From an uncultured Lachnospiraceae bacterium (GTDB lineage: Bacteria; Bacillota; Clostridia; Lachnospirales; Lachnospiraceae), in contig CADBPM010000073.1 in assembly GCA_902796595.1 (NCBI GenBank), positions 15,852 through 79,851 on the forward strand: a stretch of DNA of 64,000 bases. The letters run 5' to 3'. Below are positions 36,266-44,951 of the stretch, one piece after another; the first letter of the stretch is position 1, and each line of letters opens with the position of its first letter. Position numbers and translations under genes: made by a program. The notes under the pieces are model-generated. The model worked only from the letters and a program-made list of their open reading frames with translations, did not search any database and had not been told where the DNA came from.

Positions 36266-37141
36266 ATGGAAGCAGTTATTATTGTTGCAATTATTGCTGG
36301 CGCAGCTATTCTTACGGGCAGTTTTTTTATTAAGGATAAGCCTGAACTTGATAAAGAGGAAAAAGAAAAGCTGGCTGATGAGATCAGATCAATGACTATG
36401 TCCGATGATAGCATGGATATGATCATGAAAGAGGCGAGCGCCAGATTCTCTAACAGGATAGATGGTATTGCGGACGAGAAGATAAATGAAACATTTGACA
36501 AGATGGGGCAGTCGGCCAATGAAAAGATGTTGGCCATCAATGAAATGGCTGACCAGATTGTTGAAAAGATAGATGAAAACCACAAGGAAGTGGTTTTTCT
36601 TTATGATATGCTCAATGAAAAGAGCGATAATATAAAGGACTATTCTTCAAGACTTGAAGGTATGAAGAGAGAAATTGACTCTGAAACAAAGATGCTCCAG
36701 ACACTTTCTCAAAGTATTGATGAAAAAGCGGCAGTCGTTCGTGCGAATCAGAGAATGAACGAAGCCATAATGATGAATAATATACCGGATCCGGTTTTAA
36801 TAGAAGAACAGGAAAGTGAGTCCGAGGACGAGGGGACTGATACAAGGTCAGGCCCTCTTACAGGCATTCAGGCAGCTGCAGCAGCTACAAAGAAGCGTGC
36901 TGCCAAGAAGGTCGTAAAGGCTGTGAAGCCTGAAATGATCGAGACAGAGGATACAAAGAAGGAAACAGTCACAGAGGCACCGGCAGTTAAAAATGATGGG
37001 GCAGTTGAACAGGGCATCATCAATCAGAAGATCCTTGATATGCATAAAGACGGAATGAGCGTCATGGAAATATCAAAGGAGCTTGGGATTGGTCAGGGTG
37101 AAGTAAGCCTTGTTATCGGACTGTATGGAAATCGTAAGTGA
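36266..37141 (+). CDS. membrane-anchored coiled-coil protein with C-terminal HTH-like motif (positional analogue of B. subtilis SwrB)
   Basis: N-terminal TM (AVIIVAIIAGAAILTGSFFI), a long helical and acidic middle, and a C-terminus (GMSVMEISKELGIGQGEVSLVIGLYG) resembling a sigma region-4/LuxR-type HTH. Confidence 0.6.
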   Translation: MEAVIIVAIIAGAAILTGSFFIKDKPELDKEEKEKLADEIRSMTMSDDSMDMIMKEASARFSNRIDGIADEKINETFDKMGQSANEKMLAINEMADQIVEKIDENHKEVVFLYDMLNEKSDNIKDYSSRLEGMKREIDSETKMLQTLSQSIDEKAAVVRANQRMNEAIMMNNIPDPVLIEEQESESEDEGTDTRSGPLTGIQAAAAATKKRAAKKVVKAVKPEMIETEDTKKETVTEAPAVKNDGAVEQGIINQKILDMHKDGMSVMEISKELGIGQGEVSLVIGLYGNRK

Positions 37142-37148
37142 GGTATAG

Positions 37149-37907
37149 ATGTTGGATCGTAATTTTATTCGTGGTTTGGGAGTGGGAGTTCTTACGGCTT
37201 CTCTCGTTCTTGCAGGTGCATTTTTAGCATCAAAACCCAAAATAACGGATGCAGAGATCATGAAAAGGGCTGAGGCTCTTGGAATGATGACGGAAGACCA
37301 GTTTAAGCAAAAAAGCCTCGACAGGATAAAGGATAAGGCTATCTCAGGCAGTGAGACAAGCGAAAGTATTTCTTCTGAGGAAGAAGAAAAAAATGACTCC
37401 GATAGTAAAGAAAAGGATATCAAAGAGGAAGAAGATAAAAAAACTGATAAAGAAAGCGAAAGTAAGGACAAAAGCGGGGTCACAGTAAAAGTTTCAGAAA
37501 AAGACGGGGCTGTTGCTACAGGAGCAACGATAATAGCCAGCGAACCAGCTGAAGATAAAAAAGAAACAAAGAAAACAGAAGTTGTAAGCTCAGAAAAAAC
37601 TTCAAAAACTGATTCTAAAGAGACTGCTGCAAAAAAAAAGTCCGAGAAAAAAACTAAAGACTCAGCTGCCGCAGAAGCAAATAAAACTTCCAGTAATGAT
37701 AAATCTGTTACCATAACAGTAACAGGAGGAATGTATTCCGAGACGGTAGCAAAAAAACTTGAGCAGGCAGGAATAATCGAAAGTGCAGCAGACTTCAATT
37801 CATATTTAGTAAGAAACGGCTTTTCAGACAAGATAAGAGTCGGTTCACACAGAGTCAGTTCCGGTATGAGCTACGGTCAGATAGCCGCAGCGCTGACAGG
37901 TAAATAA
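37149..37907 (+). CDS. membrane-anchored K/E/S-rich protein with C-terminal YceG/MltG N-domain-like (LysM-like) module
   Basis: TTG start and a TM (GVGVLTASLVLAGAFLA), then ~130 aa of low complexity. The C-terminus (ITVTGGMYSETVAKKLEQAGIIESAADFNSYLVRNGFSDKIRVGSHRVSSGMSYGQIAAALTG) resembles the non-catalytic N-domain of MltG/YceG. No catalytic domain is present. Confidence 0.55.
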   Translation: MLDRNFIRGLGVGVLTASLVLAGAFLASKPKITDAEIMKRAEALGMMTEDQFKQKSLDRIKDKAISGSETSESISSEEEEKNDSDSKEKDIKEEEDKKTDKESESKDKSGVTVKVSEKDGAVATGATIIASEPAEDKKETKKTEVVSSEKTSKTDSKETAAKKKSEKKTKDSAAAEANKTSSNDKSVTITVTGGMYSETVAKKLEQAGIIESAADFNSYLVRNGFSDKIRVGSHRVSSGMSYGQIAAALTGK

Positions 37908-37919
37908 AGAAAATAATCC

Positions 37920-37948
37920 TTGCCAACAAAACAGGTATATGATACAAT
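37920..37948 (+). promoter_or_regulatory. candidate sigma-A promoter upstream of rpsB
   Basis: TTGCCA (37920-37925), a 17-nt spacer, then TACAAT (37943-37948). Confidence 0.35.
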
Positions 37949-37979
37949 AGAGCATGTGTGTGAGCACATGCTCTTTTTG
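37949..37979 (+). terminator. terminator after the last flagellar-cluster ORF (or leader attenuator of rpsB)
   Basis: AGAGCATGTG (37949-37958) pairs with CACATGCTCT (37965-37974), followed by TTTTT. Confidence 0.6.
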
Positions 37980-38000
37980 CATGGCTTAGTAAATAAATCA

Positions 38001-38071
38001 CATCTGTTCCAGACAAGGTGGTTCTGCACCGATATATGCAGGATCTTGAGGTCGTAACGCGGGAACAGATG
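38001..38071 (+). promoter_or_regulatory. structured rpsB 5' leader
   Basis: 10-bp long-range stem CATCTGTTCC (38001-38010) / GGAACAGATG (38062-38071) encloses a CTGCA/TGCAG hairpin. It ends 27 nt before the rpsB ATG. Confidence 0.4.
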
Positions 38072-38098
38072 GAAGAGTAAACCTACGGAGGTAAAGAC

Positions 38099-38818
38099 AT
38101 GAGCGTTATTTCTATGAAGCAGCTGCTTGAAGCAGGCGTACATTTCGGACACCAGACAAGAAGATGGAACCCTAAGATGGCTCCATATATCTACACAGAG
38201 AGAAATGGTATCCATATCATTGATCTTCAGAAGACAGTAGGTATGGTTGACAATGCTTACGAAGCTATCAAGAACATTGCTGCCAATGGCGGTACTATTC
38301 TTTTTGTTGGTACCAAGAAGCAGGCACAGGATACAATCAAGGAAGAAGCTATCCGTTGCGGTATGTTCTATGTAAACGAGAGATGGCTTGGTGGTATGCT
38401 TACTAACTTCAGAACAATCAAGACCAGAATCGCAAGACTTAAGGAAATCGAGAAGATGAGCGAAGATGGTACATTTGATGTTCTTCCTAAGAAAGAAGTT
38501 ATCCAGCTCAAGAAGGAGTGGGATAAGCTTGAGAAAAATATCGGTGGTATCAAGGATATGAAGAAGATCCCTGACGCTATCTTCATCATCGACCCTAAGA
38601 AGGAAAGAATCTGCGTTAAGGAAGCTCATTCACTTAACATCCCTCTTATCGGTATCGCTGATACAAACTGTGATCCAGACGAGCTTTCATACGTTATTCC
38701 AGGTAACGATGATGCTATCCGTGCCGTAAGACTTATCGTTTCAAAGATGGCAGACGCCGTTATCGAAGCTAACCAGGGCGAGGATACAGCAGAAGCTCCG
38801 GCTACAGAAGAAGAATAA
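38099..38818 (+). CDS. rpsB: 30S ribosomal protein S2
   Basis: [27 protein letters not shown]... is a highly conserved S2 sequence. Confidence 0.97.
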   Translation: MSVISMKQLLEAGVHFGHQTRRWNPKMAPYIYTERNGIHIIDLQKTVGMVDNAYEAIKNIAANGGTILFVGTKKQAQDTIKEEAIRCGMFYVNERWLGGMLTNFRTIKTRIARLKEIEKMSEDGTFDVLPKKEVIQLKKEWDKLEKNIGGIKDMKKIPDAIFIIDPKKERICVKEAHSLNIPLIGIADTNCDPDELSYVIPGNDDAIRAVRLIVSKMADAVIEANQGEDTAEAPATEEE

Positions 38819-38835
38819 TCAGACAGATAAATCTT

Positions 38836-38891
38836 TCATCGTCCCGAAAGGGGCGATGAATTGCAGTAAGGGTGTCTTTTTTGCGACACCT
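38836..38891 (+). other. two hairpins in the rpsB-tsf intergenic region
   Basis: TCATCGTCCC-GAAA-GGGGCGATGA is a 10-bp stem with a GNRA loop. It is followed by GGTGTC-TTTTTTGC-GACACC. Confidence 0.5.
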
Positions 38892-38917
38892 GATTTGATA
38901 TACAGGAGGGAAATATA

Positions 38918-39850
38918 ATGGCTATTAGTGCAGCTATGGTTAAGCAGCTTCGTGAAGCTACCAGCGCAGGTATGATGGATTGCAAAAAGGCTCTCGATGC
39001 TACATCAGGCGATATGGACAAGGCTATTGAATGGCTTAGAGAAAATGGTCTTATGAAGGCCGCTAAAAGAAATGAGAAGATTGCAGCAGAAGGTGTTTCT
39101 TTTGCAAAGGCTTCTGCAGATGAGAAGGATGCAATCATCATCGAAGTTAACTCAGAGACAGACTTCGTTGCAAAGAATGATAAGTTCACAGGCTTTGTTG
39201 AGGCTGTTGCTGATCAGGCTCTTACATCATCATCAACTACTGTTGATGAACTTCTTGCTGAGAAGTGGGCTAAGAATCCTTCTGAGACAGTTCAGAGCGA
39301 GCTTACAAATCAGATTGCTACTATCGGCGAGAACATGAACATCAGAAGATTTGCGAAGCTTTCACAGGCAGATGGTTTTGTTCAGACATATATCCATGGC
39401 TCAGGCCGTATTGCTGTTATCCTTTCAGTTAAGACAACAGTTGTAAATGACGCTGTTAAGGAAGCTGTAAAGAATATCGCAATGCAGATCGCAGCTATGA
39501 ACCCTGAATATCTCAATGAATCAGAGATTTCACAGGAATATAGAGACCACGAGATGGAAATTCTTAAGGCTCAGGTTGCTAACGATCCTGAAATGGCTAA
39601 GAAGCCTGCTAACATTGTTGAGAAGATGCTTACAGGCCGTCTTAACAAGCAGCTTAAGGAAATCTGCCTTGTAGATCAGGCTTATGTAAAGGACAGCTCA
39701 ATGACAGTTCAGAAGTATGTTGAGTCTGTTGCAAAAGAAAATAACGCAGAAATCTCACTTGTTAAGTTTGTACGTTATGAGACAGGTGAAGGCATTGAGA
39801 AGAAGCAGGAAGACTTCGCTGCAGAAGTTGCTGCTCAGATTAATGGCTAA
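38918..39850 (+). CDS. tsf: translation elongation factor Ts
   Basis: MAISAAMVKQLREATSAGMMDCKKAL UBA-like N-terminus plus EF-Ts core domains, downstream of rpsB. Confidence 0.97.
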   Translation: MAISAAMVKQLREATSAGMMDCKKALDATSGDMDKAIEWLRENGLMKAAKRNEKIAAEGVSFAKASADEKDAIIIEVNSETDFVAKNDKFTGFVEAVADQALTSSSTTVDELLAEKWAKNPSETVQSELTNQIATIGENMNIRRFAKLSQADGFVQTYIHGSGRIAVILSVKTTVVNDAVKEAVKNIAMQIAAMNPEYLNESEISQEYRDHEMEILKAQVANDPEMAKKPANIVEKMLTGRLNKQLKEICLVDQAYVKDSSMTVQKYVESVAKENNAEISLVKFVRYETGEGIEKKQEDFAAEVAAQING

Positions 39851-39863
39851 TCTTTGAAATTTT

Positions 39864-39897
39864 AGTCCCGGACATCTATATGTTCGGGGCTTTTTTG
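39864..39897 (+). terminator. rho-independent terminator after tsf
   Basis: 11-bp stem AGTCCCGGACA/TGTTCGGGGCT (two G-U pairs), followed by TTTTTT. Confidence 0.75.
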
Positions 39898-39926
39898 CTT
39901 GTATCATCATATATCGGAGGGTGCGT

Positions 39927-40859
39927 ATGGAACTTTTATTTATGAAGCCTTATTGTAAGGAGGTTCTTTGGGGCGGCACAAAGCTTGCCGAAAAGTTCGG
40001 CTATGAAACCGAAGGAGATCATACCGGTGAGGCATGGGTGGTTGCCGCCAACAAGAACGGTGTCAGCACTGTAACAGAAGGCGAATACGCAGGAAAGACA
40101 CTCACAGAGCTTTGGAATGAACACAGGGAGCTTTTTAACAATATGCAGGGAGAAGAATTTCCTCTTCTTGTAAAACTTATAGATGCAAGGGATGATCTTA
40201 GTATTCAGGTACACCCTGATGATGCTTATGCTAAGGTAAATGAAAACTGCAAAGGCAAGACTGAGTGCTGGTATATTGTGGATTGTGACGAGGGTGCTGA
40301 TATTGTTACAGGTCATAAGGCACAGACAAAAGAAGAATTAAAGAAGCTTGTTGAAGAAAAGAGATGGTCAGAGCTTTTAAATATAAGACCTATAAAAAAA
40401 GGTGATTTTTTCTTTATTTCATCAGGTACAGTGCATGCAATCAGAAAGGGTACACTTATCCTTGAAATTCAGCAGAATTCGGATATAACCTATAGGCTCT
40501 ATGATTACGACAGGCTTCAGAACGGAAAGCCAAGAGAGCTTCATACCGCAAAAAGCCTTGATGTGATCACATGTCCACAGGAGCTAAAGGATACAAGAGA
40601 AGCTGAAAAGATATACAGAGGACAGAAGAGTCAGGTGCTTGTTGACTGCCCTCTCTTTACTGTTACAAAACACATGGTTTCAGGTGCAGATGAAGTGGTT
40701 ATAGATAACCCTTATGATTTTCTTATCGTTAATGTGCTTGAAGGTACGGGAAGCGTAGATGGAAGAAAGATCAAGCCGGGCGACAGTTTTATTGCACCGT
40801 ACGGCTACAGGAAACTTGCTTTTTCTGGAACACTTACTTTTATGACTTCGCATGTATAA
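39927..40859 (+). CDS. manA: mannose-6-phosphate isomerase, class I
   Basis: PYCKEVLWGG...GEAWVV...LLVKLIDARDDLSIQVHPDD...ECWYI...VHAI type I PMI motifs. CGGAGG RBS favours ATG 39927. Confidence 0.85.
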   Translation: MELLFMKPYCKEVLWGGTKLAEKFGYETEGDHTGEAWVVAANKNGVSTVTEGEYAGKTLTELWNEHRELFNNMQGEEFPLLVKLIDARDDLSIQVHPDDAYAKVNENCKGKTECWYIVDCDEGADIVTGHKAQTKEELKKLVEEKRWSELLNIRPIKKGDFFFISSGTVHAIRKGTLILEIQQNSDITYRLYDYDRLQNGKPRELHTAKSLDVITCPQELKDTREAEKIYRGQKSQVLVDCPLFTVTKHMVSGADEVVIDNPYDFLIVNVLEGTGSVDGRKIKPGDSFIAPYGYRKLAFSGTLTFMTSHV

Positions 40860-40884
40860 AAATATAGTGGTCTCATAAAAGAAC

Positions 40885-40955
40885 AAAGAGTCGCGTGCGA
40901 CTCTTTGCGCGCCGATGCGCGCAAGCTTTAGCTTGCATCTTCCTCTGCGCATCGG
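40885..40955. repeat. GC-rich nested-hairpin module in the manA/pyrI convergent intergenic region
   Basis: AAAGAGTCGC-GT-GCGACTCTTT (40885-40906) is followed by CCGATGCGC (40912-40920) / GCGCATCGG (40947-40955), which encloses GCAAGC-TTTA-GCTTGC. It is much more GC-rich than the flanks. Confidence 0.45.
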
Positions 40956-40973
40956 TCGCATCCACGCGGAGCG

Positions 40974-41021
40974 TTTTTTAATTTATAGGAATTCCGGAGG
41001 AATTTCCTATAAATTAAAAAA
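40974..41021. terminator. AT-rich long inverted repeat flanked by T-run and A-run (bidirectional terminator candidate)
   Basis: TTTTTTAATTTATAGGAATTCC-GGA-GGAATTTCCTATAAATTAAAAAA, with one bulge. Confidence 0.55.
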
Positions 41022-41062
41022 CAGCCCCTTTTCGCAACAATATGCGGTGAAGAGGGGCTGTT
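41011..41062 (-). terminator. rho-independent terminator of pyrBI
   Basis: On the minus strand, CAGCCCCT...AGGGGCTG (41022-41029 / 41053-41060) is followed by TTTTTTAATTT, 8 nt after the pyrI stop. Confidence 0.7.
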
Positions 41063-41069
41063 TAGATTA

Positions 41070-41498
41070 TCAGTGGAGCTTGTATGCCTGTTCACAATAC
41101 AGACATCTGTATGTTTTTGTTGCCTTGTCGGTCAGCTTGAATATATGTCTGAGATTTCTTTCTTCTGTGGTGATGCAACGCGGATTTTTGCACTTGAATA
41201 CATCATTTACAATTGAAGGAAGTTCAGGTTTTATTTTTTTTGTTATTATTCCGTTCTGTATCACATTTATGGTGATCGAATCGCTGAAAATGGATAAAAG
41301 GTCAAGATTGAGGTTTTCTGGGATCTTTTCAATCTTTATTATATCTTTTTTACCCATCTTTGTACTTTTTGCATTCTGTATGATCGCAACACTTTCTTCG
41401 TAGTGATCCAGTTTAAGATATCCATATATCTCCATTGCCATGCCGGCAGGAATGTGATCGATAACGTAGCCTGAGTCAAGTCCGCTTATATTTAACAT
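41070..41498 (-). CDS. pyrI: aspartate carbamoyltransferase regulatory subunit
   Basis: 142 aa with a C-terminal zinc motif (CKNPRCIT...YRCLYCE), downstream of pyrB. Confidence 0.9.
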   Translation of the reverse strand: MLNISGLDSGYVIDHIPAGMAMEIYGYLKLDHYEESVAIIQNAKSTKMGKKDIIKIEKIPENLNLDLLSIFSDSITINVIQNGIITKKIKPELPSIVNDVFKCKNPRCITTEERNLRHIFKLTDKATKTYRCLYCEQAYKLH

Positions 41499-41520
41499 TT
41501 TAAATCCTTTCCGTAACCGT

Positions 41521-42435
41521 TTATCTGAGCCCTAAGAGCCTTAAAATGATTGCCATTCTTACATAAACACCCAATTTTGCCTGTGTAAAATAAGCTGCAC
41601 GAGGGTCATCATCCACCTCAGGTGCTATTTCATTTACACGAGGAAGAGGGTGAAGTATAAGACAGTCTTTTTTAGCATACTGTAATTTCTTTGTATCAAG
41701 AACATAGGTGTCTCTGAGACGTATATAATCCTCTTCGTTAAAGAAACGCTCCTTCTGCACGCGGGTCATGTAAAGGATATCGAGCCCCGGCAGAGCTTCC
41801 TCAAGGCTTCTTGTCTCTACATAAGGACAATGATTGCGGTCAAGAACTTCATTTTTAACATAATCCGGAAGCTTTAATTCGTCAGGTGAGATAAGGATAA
41901 ATTTAAAACCGGTATAACGGACAAGTTCATTTATAAGTGAGTGAACTGTACGACCAAATTTGAGATCGCCGCAGAAACCTATAGTCATGTTTGAAAGATT
42001 ACCCTTTAATTCTTTTATCGTGAAAATATCAGTAAAAGTCTGGGTAGGATGATTGTGACCGCCGTCGCCGGCATTGATAACAGGAATACCGGAATATTTG
42101 CTGGCAACAAGAGGAGCACCTTCCTTTGGGTGTCTCATTGCACAGATATCTGCGTAGGAGGAAATGATGCGGATCGTATCGGCAACTGTTTCACCTTTGC
42201 TTACAGAGCTGCTTGCGGCCGAAGAAAAACCGAGAACAGAACCCCCAAGATTAAGCATTGCTGCCTCAAATGAAAGACGGGTTCGTGTACTCGGTTCATA
42301 AAATAAAGTTGCTATTTTTTTGCCCTTGCAGATATCACTATACTGCTCCGGATGTCTGTAAATATGATCTGCAAGATCAAGTATCTCATTGGTTTCTTCC
42401 ACAGAAAAATCGAGTGGACTGATAAGATGCCTCAT
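41521..42435 (-). CDS. pyrB: aspartate carbamoyltransferase catalytic subunit
   Basis: [17 protein letters not shown] and HPLPR motifs. AGGAGG RBS precedes [10 protein letters not shown], while the ORF track starts 17 codons further upstream. Confidence 0.93.
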   Translation of the reverse strand: MRHLISPLDFSVEETNEILDLADHIYRHPEQYSDICKGKKIATLFYEPSTRTRLSFEAAMLNLGGSVLGFSSAASSSVSKGETVADTIRIISSYADICAMRHPKEGAPLVASKYSGIPVINAGDGGHNHPTQTFTDIFTIKELKGNLSNMTIGFCGDLKFGRTVHSLINELVRYTGFKFILISPDELKLPDYVKNEVLDRNHCPYVETRSLEEALPGLDILYMTRVQKERFFNEEDYIRLRDTYVLDTKKLQYAKKDCLILHPLPRVNEIAPEVDDDPRAAYFTQAKLGVYVRMAIILRLLGLR

Positions 42436-42649
42436 AATACCTCCTGAATAAAAAGAACTTTGTTTACATTGTTTCAAATCATACACTCATTGATGAAAAA
42501 ATGCAAGAGATAGTTTGCACAGGATTTTTTGCTTAATGTTGCTAAATCGGTGCAAATAGGGTATCATTAAGGTTATCTATGAAAAAGGTTAGAAAAAATG
42601 ATGAATAAGATCAAGAGGAGGAATACCGGAAAAAAGGATTTCGGTTGAA

Positions 42650-44935
42650 ATGTTTATGGTAAAACTATCAAAAACCCCAGTGTACATTGTTGATGGAGAG
42701 GTCATTCCGGAAGATGGGAACTGTGCGGCTTCCCTAAAGACAAAAGGCGTGAGTGAGGAAGAAAGTAAGAATGCCTACAAGGGAACAATGGCATATAGCA
42801 TTCTTTCAGCTCATAATAAGTCGGGTAACGATGAAAAGCTTAATATTTCCTTTGACTGCCTTGTGTCTCACGACATTACATTTGTAGGAATCATCCAGAC
42901 AGCAATAGCAAGTGGGCTTGAAAGATTTCCTATACCTTATGCGCTTACAAACTGTCATAATTCCCTTTGTGCAGTCGGCGGAACTATAAATGAGGATGAC
43001 CATGTCTTTGGTCTTTCTGCCGCAAAGAAATTTGGAGGCATGTATATCCCGCCAAATCTTGCGGTTATCCATCAGTTTGCCAGAGAAAAGCTTGCAGGCG
43101 GAGGCAGGATGATACTTGGTTCAGACAGCCATACAAGATATGGAGCACTTGGTACAATGGCAATGGGCGAAGGTGGTCCGGAGCTTGTAAAGCAGCTTTT
43201 AAGCCAGACCTATGATATAAAAAGACCGGAAGTTGTTGCGATAAAGCTTACCGGAAATGTGATACCGGGAGTAGGTCCGCAGGATGTTGCCCTTGCTATA
43301 ATCGGTGCAGTGTTTAAGAATGGCTACGTCAACAATAAGGTGATGGAATTTGTGGGAGATGGCATAAAGAATCTTTCAGTGGATTTCAGGATTGGCGTAG
43401 ATGTGATGACCACAGAGACAACCTGCCTTTCCTCTATATGGGTCACAGACGACAAAGTAAAAGAATTCTACGACATTCACGAAAGAAGCGCTGACTATAA
43501 GGAAATCAAGCCTGCCAGAACGGCTTATTACAATGGTATGGTTGAAATAGACCTCTCCACGATAAGACCTATGATAGCCATGCCTTTCCATCCAAGTCAG
43601 GTTTACACGATCGATGATGTTAATGCAAACCCTTATGATATATGTAAAGAGGCAGAGAAAAGAGCAAAGGTATTGTTTGGCGACAAGGTACATTTCAACC
43701 TGACAGACAAGATAAAGGATGGCAGACTTTTTGTGGATCAGGCAGAGATAGCAGGGTGTGCCGGCGGCGGCTTTGAAAATATTTCTGCAGCAGCGGATAT
43801 CCTCGAAGGAAGGGACATCGGATATGGCAAGTTCTCACTTAATATTTATCCGGCGAGTCAGCCTGTATTTATGGAACTTGTTAAAAATGGAACTGCAGCA
43901 AGACTTATGGAGGCTGGAGCTGTGTTTAAGCCGGCATTTTGTGGTCCTTGCTTTGGAGCCGGTGATGTGCCTGCCAATAATGCGCTTTCAATAAGACACT
44001 CTACAAGAAACTTCCCTAACCGTGAGGGAAGCAAGCCGGACAAGGGACAGATTGCAAGCGTTGCGCTCATGGATGCAAGAAGTATTGCGGCGACTGCTGC
44101 CAATAAGGGAAGACTTACTCCTGCAACCGAGATGGATGTTGAATATAAAAAGCCTGTATACCATTTTGACACGGGAATTTATGAAAAGCGTGTATACGAT
44201 GGTGCTGGCAAGCCGGATGAAAAAGCAGAGCTTGTTTATGGTCCTAATATTGTTCCGTGGCCTGAAATGGAACAGCTTGCAGATGATATCCTTTTAAAAC
44301 TGGTTTCTGTAATATACGACCCTGTAACCACCACAGATGAACTGATACCATCCGGAGAGACAAGTTCTTACAGGTCAAATCCTCTGGGACTTGCAGAATT
44401 CACTTTGTCAAGGCGTGACCCTGATTATGTTAAGGCTGCCAAGGAAGTGCGTGAACTCGAAAAGGCAAGACTTGAGGGAAAGATTCCAACTGGCTTTGGT
44501 ATTGATGAGGTTATAAAGAGATTGTCAGAAGAAATACCTGATTTTGATATTATGAAGACGGAAATAGGAAGTATGATCTATGCTGTAAAACCTGGTGACG
44601 GTTCTGCAAGAGAACAGGCTGCAAGCTGTCAGAGAGTACTTGGAGGGCTTGCCAATATTGCCGAAAGCTATGCAACGAAGAGATATCGTTCAAATATGAT
44701 CAACTGGGGTATGATACCATTTATCTATGATAATGAACTTTTTCCGTATTGCAAAGGACAATTTATTTATGTAAAAGGGATTAGAAAAGCCATTCTTTCA
44801 GGAGCTTCTAATGTGATAGTTTATATAGTGGATGAAAATATGTATGTACGTGATGGATTTGCTCTTGGACCTATGACAGAAGAAGAAAGAAAGATAATAG
44901 TGGACGGATGTTTGATAAATTATAACAGGCATTGA
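42650..44935 (+). CDS. aconitase-family [4Fe-4S] hydratase (probable aconitate hydratase)
   Basis: GSDSHT motif, candidate cluster cysteines (IAGCAGGG and FCGPCFG) and a C-terminal swivel domain ([12 protein letters not shown]). The exact substrate cannot be inferred from sequence by eye. Confidence 0.75.
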   Translation: MFMVKLSKTPVYIVDGEVIPEDGNCAASLKTKGVSEEESKNAYKGTMAYSILSAHNKSGNDEKLNISFDCLVSHDITFVGIIQTAIASGLERFPIPYALTNCHNSLCAVGGTINEDDHVFGLSAAKKFGGMYIPPNLAVIHQFAREKLAGGGRMILGSDSHTRYGALGTMAMGEGGPELVKQLLSQTYDIKRPEVVAIKLTGNVIPGVGPQDVALAIIGAVFKNGYVNNKVMEFVGDGIKNLSVDFRIGVDVMTTETTCLSSIWVTDDKVKEFYDIHERSADYKEIKPARTAYYNGMVEIDLSTIRPMIAMPFHPSQVYTIDDVNANPYDICKEAEKRAKVLFGDKVHFNLTDKIKDGRLFVDQAEIAGCAGGGFENISAAADILEGRDIGYGKFSLNIYPASQPVFMELVKNGTAARLMEAGAVFKPAFCGPCFGAGDVPANNALSIRHSTRNFPNREGSKPDKGQIASVALMDARSIAATAANKGRLTPATEMDVEYKKPVYHFDTGIYEKRVYDGAGKPDEKAELVYGPNIVPWPEMEQLADDILLKLVSVIYDPVTTTDELIPSGETSSYRSNPLGLAEFTLSRRDPDYVKAAKEVRELEKARLEGKIPTGFGIDEVIKRLSEEIPDFDIMKTEIGSMIYAVKPGDGSAREQAASCQRVLGGLANIAESYATKRYRSNMINWGMIPFIYDNELFPYCKGQFIYVKGIRKAILSGASNVIVYIVDENMYVRDGFALGPMTEEERKIIVDGCLINYNRH

Positions 44936-44951
44936 TACGAGGAGGATTATA

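Noticed and set aside
37073-37831. 252-aa minus-strand ORF, S/L/F-rich, antisense to the 37149-37907 gene
   Set aside because: It mirrors a K/E/S low-complexity coding region. It has no RBS and an extreme composition. In this genome the preference for CTT/AAG-type codons leaves antisense frames poor in stop codons.
37877-38629. 250-aa minus-strand ORF overlapping rpsB
   Set aside because: rpsB on the plus strand is unambiguous. The antisense frame is a stop-poor shadow with no recognisable motifs.
40915-41403. 162-aa plus-strand ORF starting in the GC-rich hairpin module and running antisense through pyrI
   Set aside because: pyrI on the minus strand has the Zn-binding Cys motifs. The plus ORF begins inside hairpin and terminator sequence and is a hydrophobic shadow.
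42436-42649. Expected PyrR-binding attenuator upstream of pyrB
   Set aside because: I searched the pyrB leader (minus strand) for the PyrR loop motif (ARUCCAGAGAGGYU, seen on the plus strand as CCTCTCTGG) and found none. No terminator/antiterminator pair is evident either.
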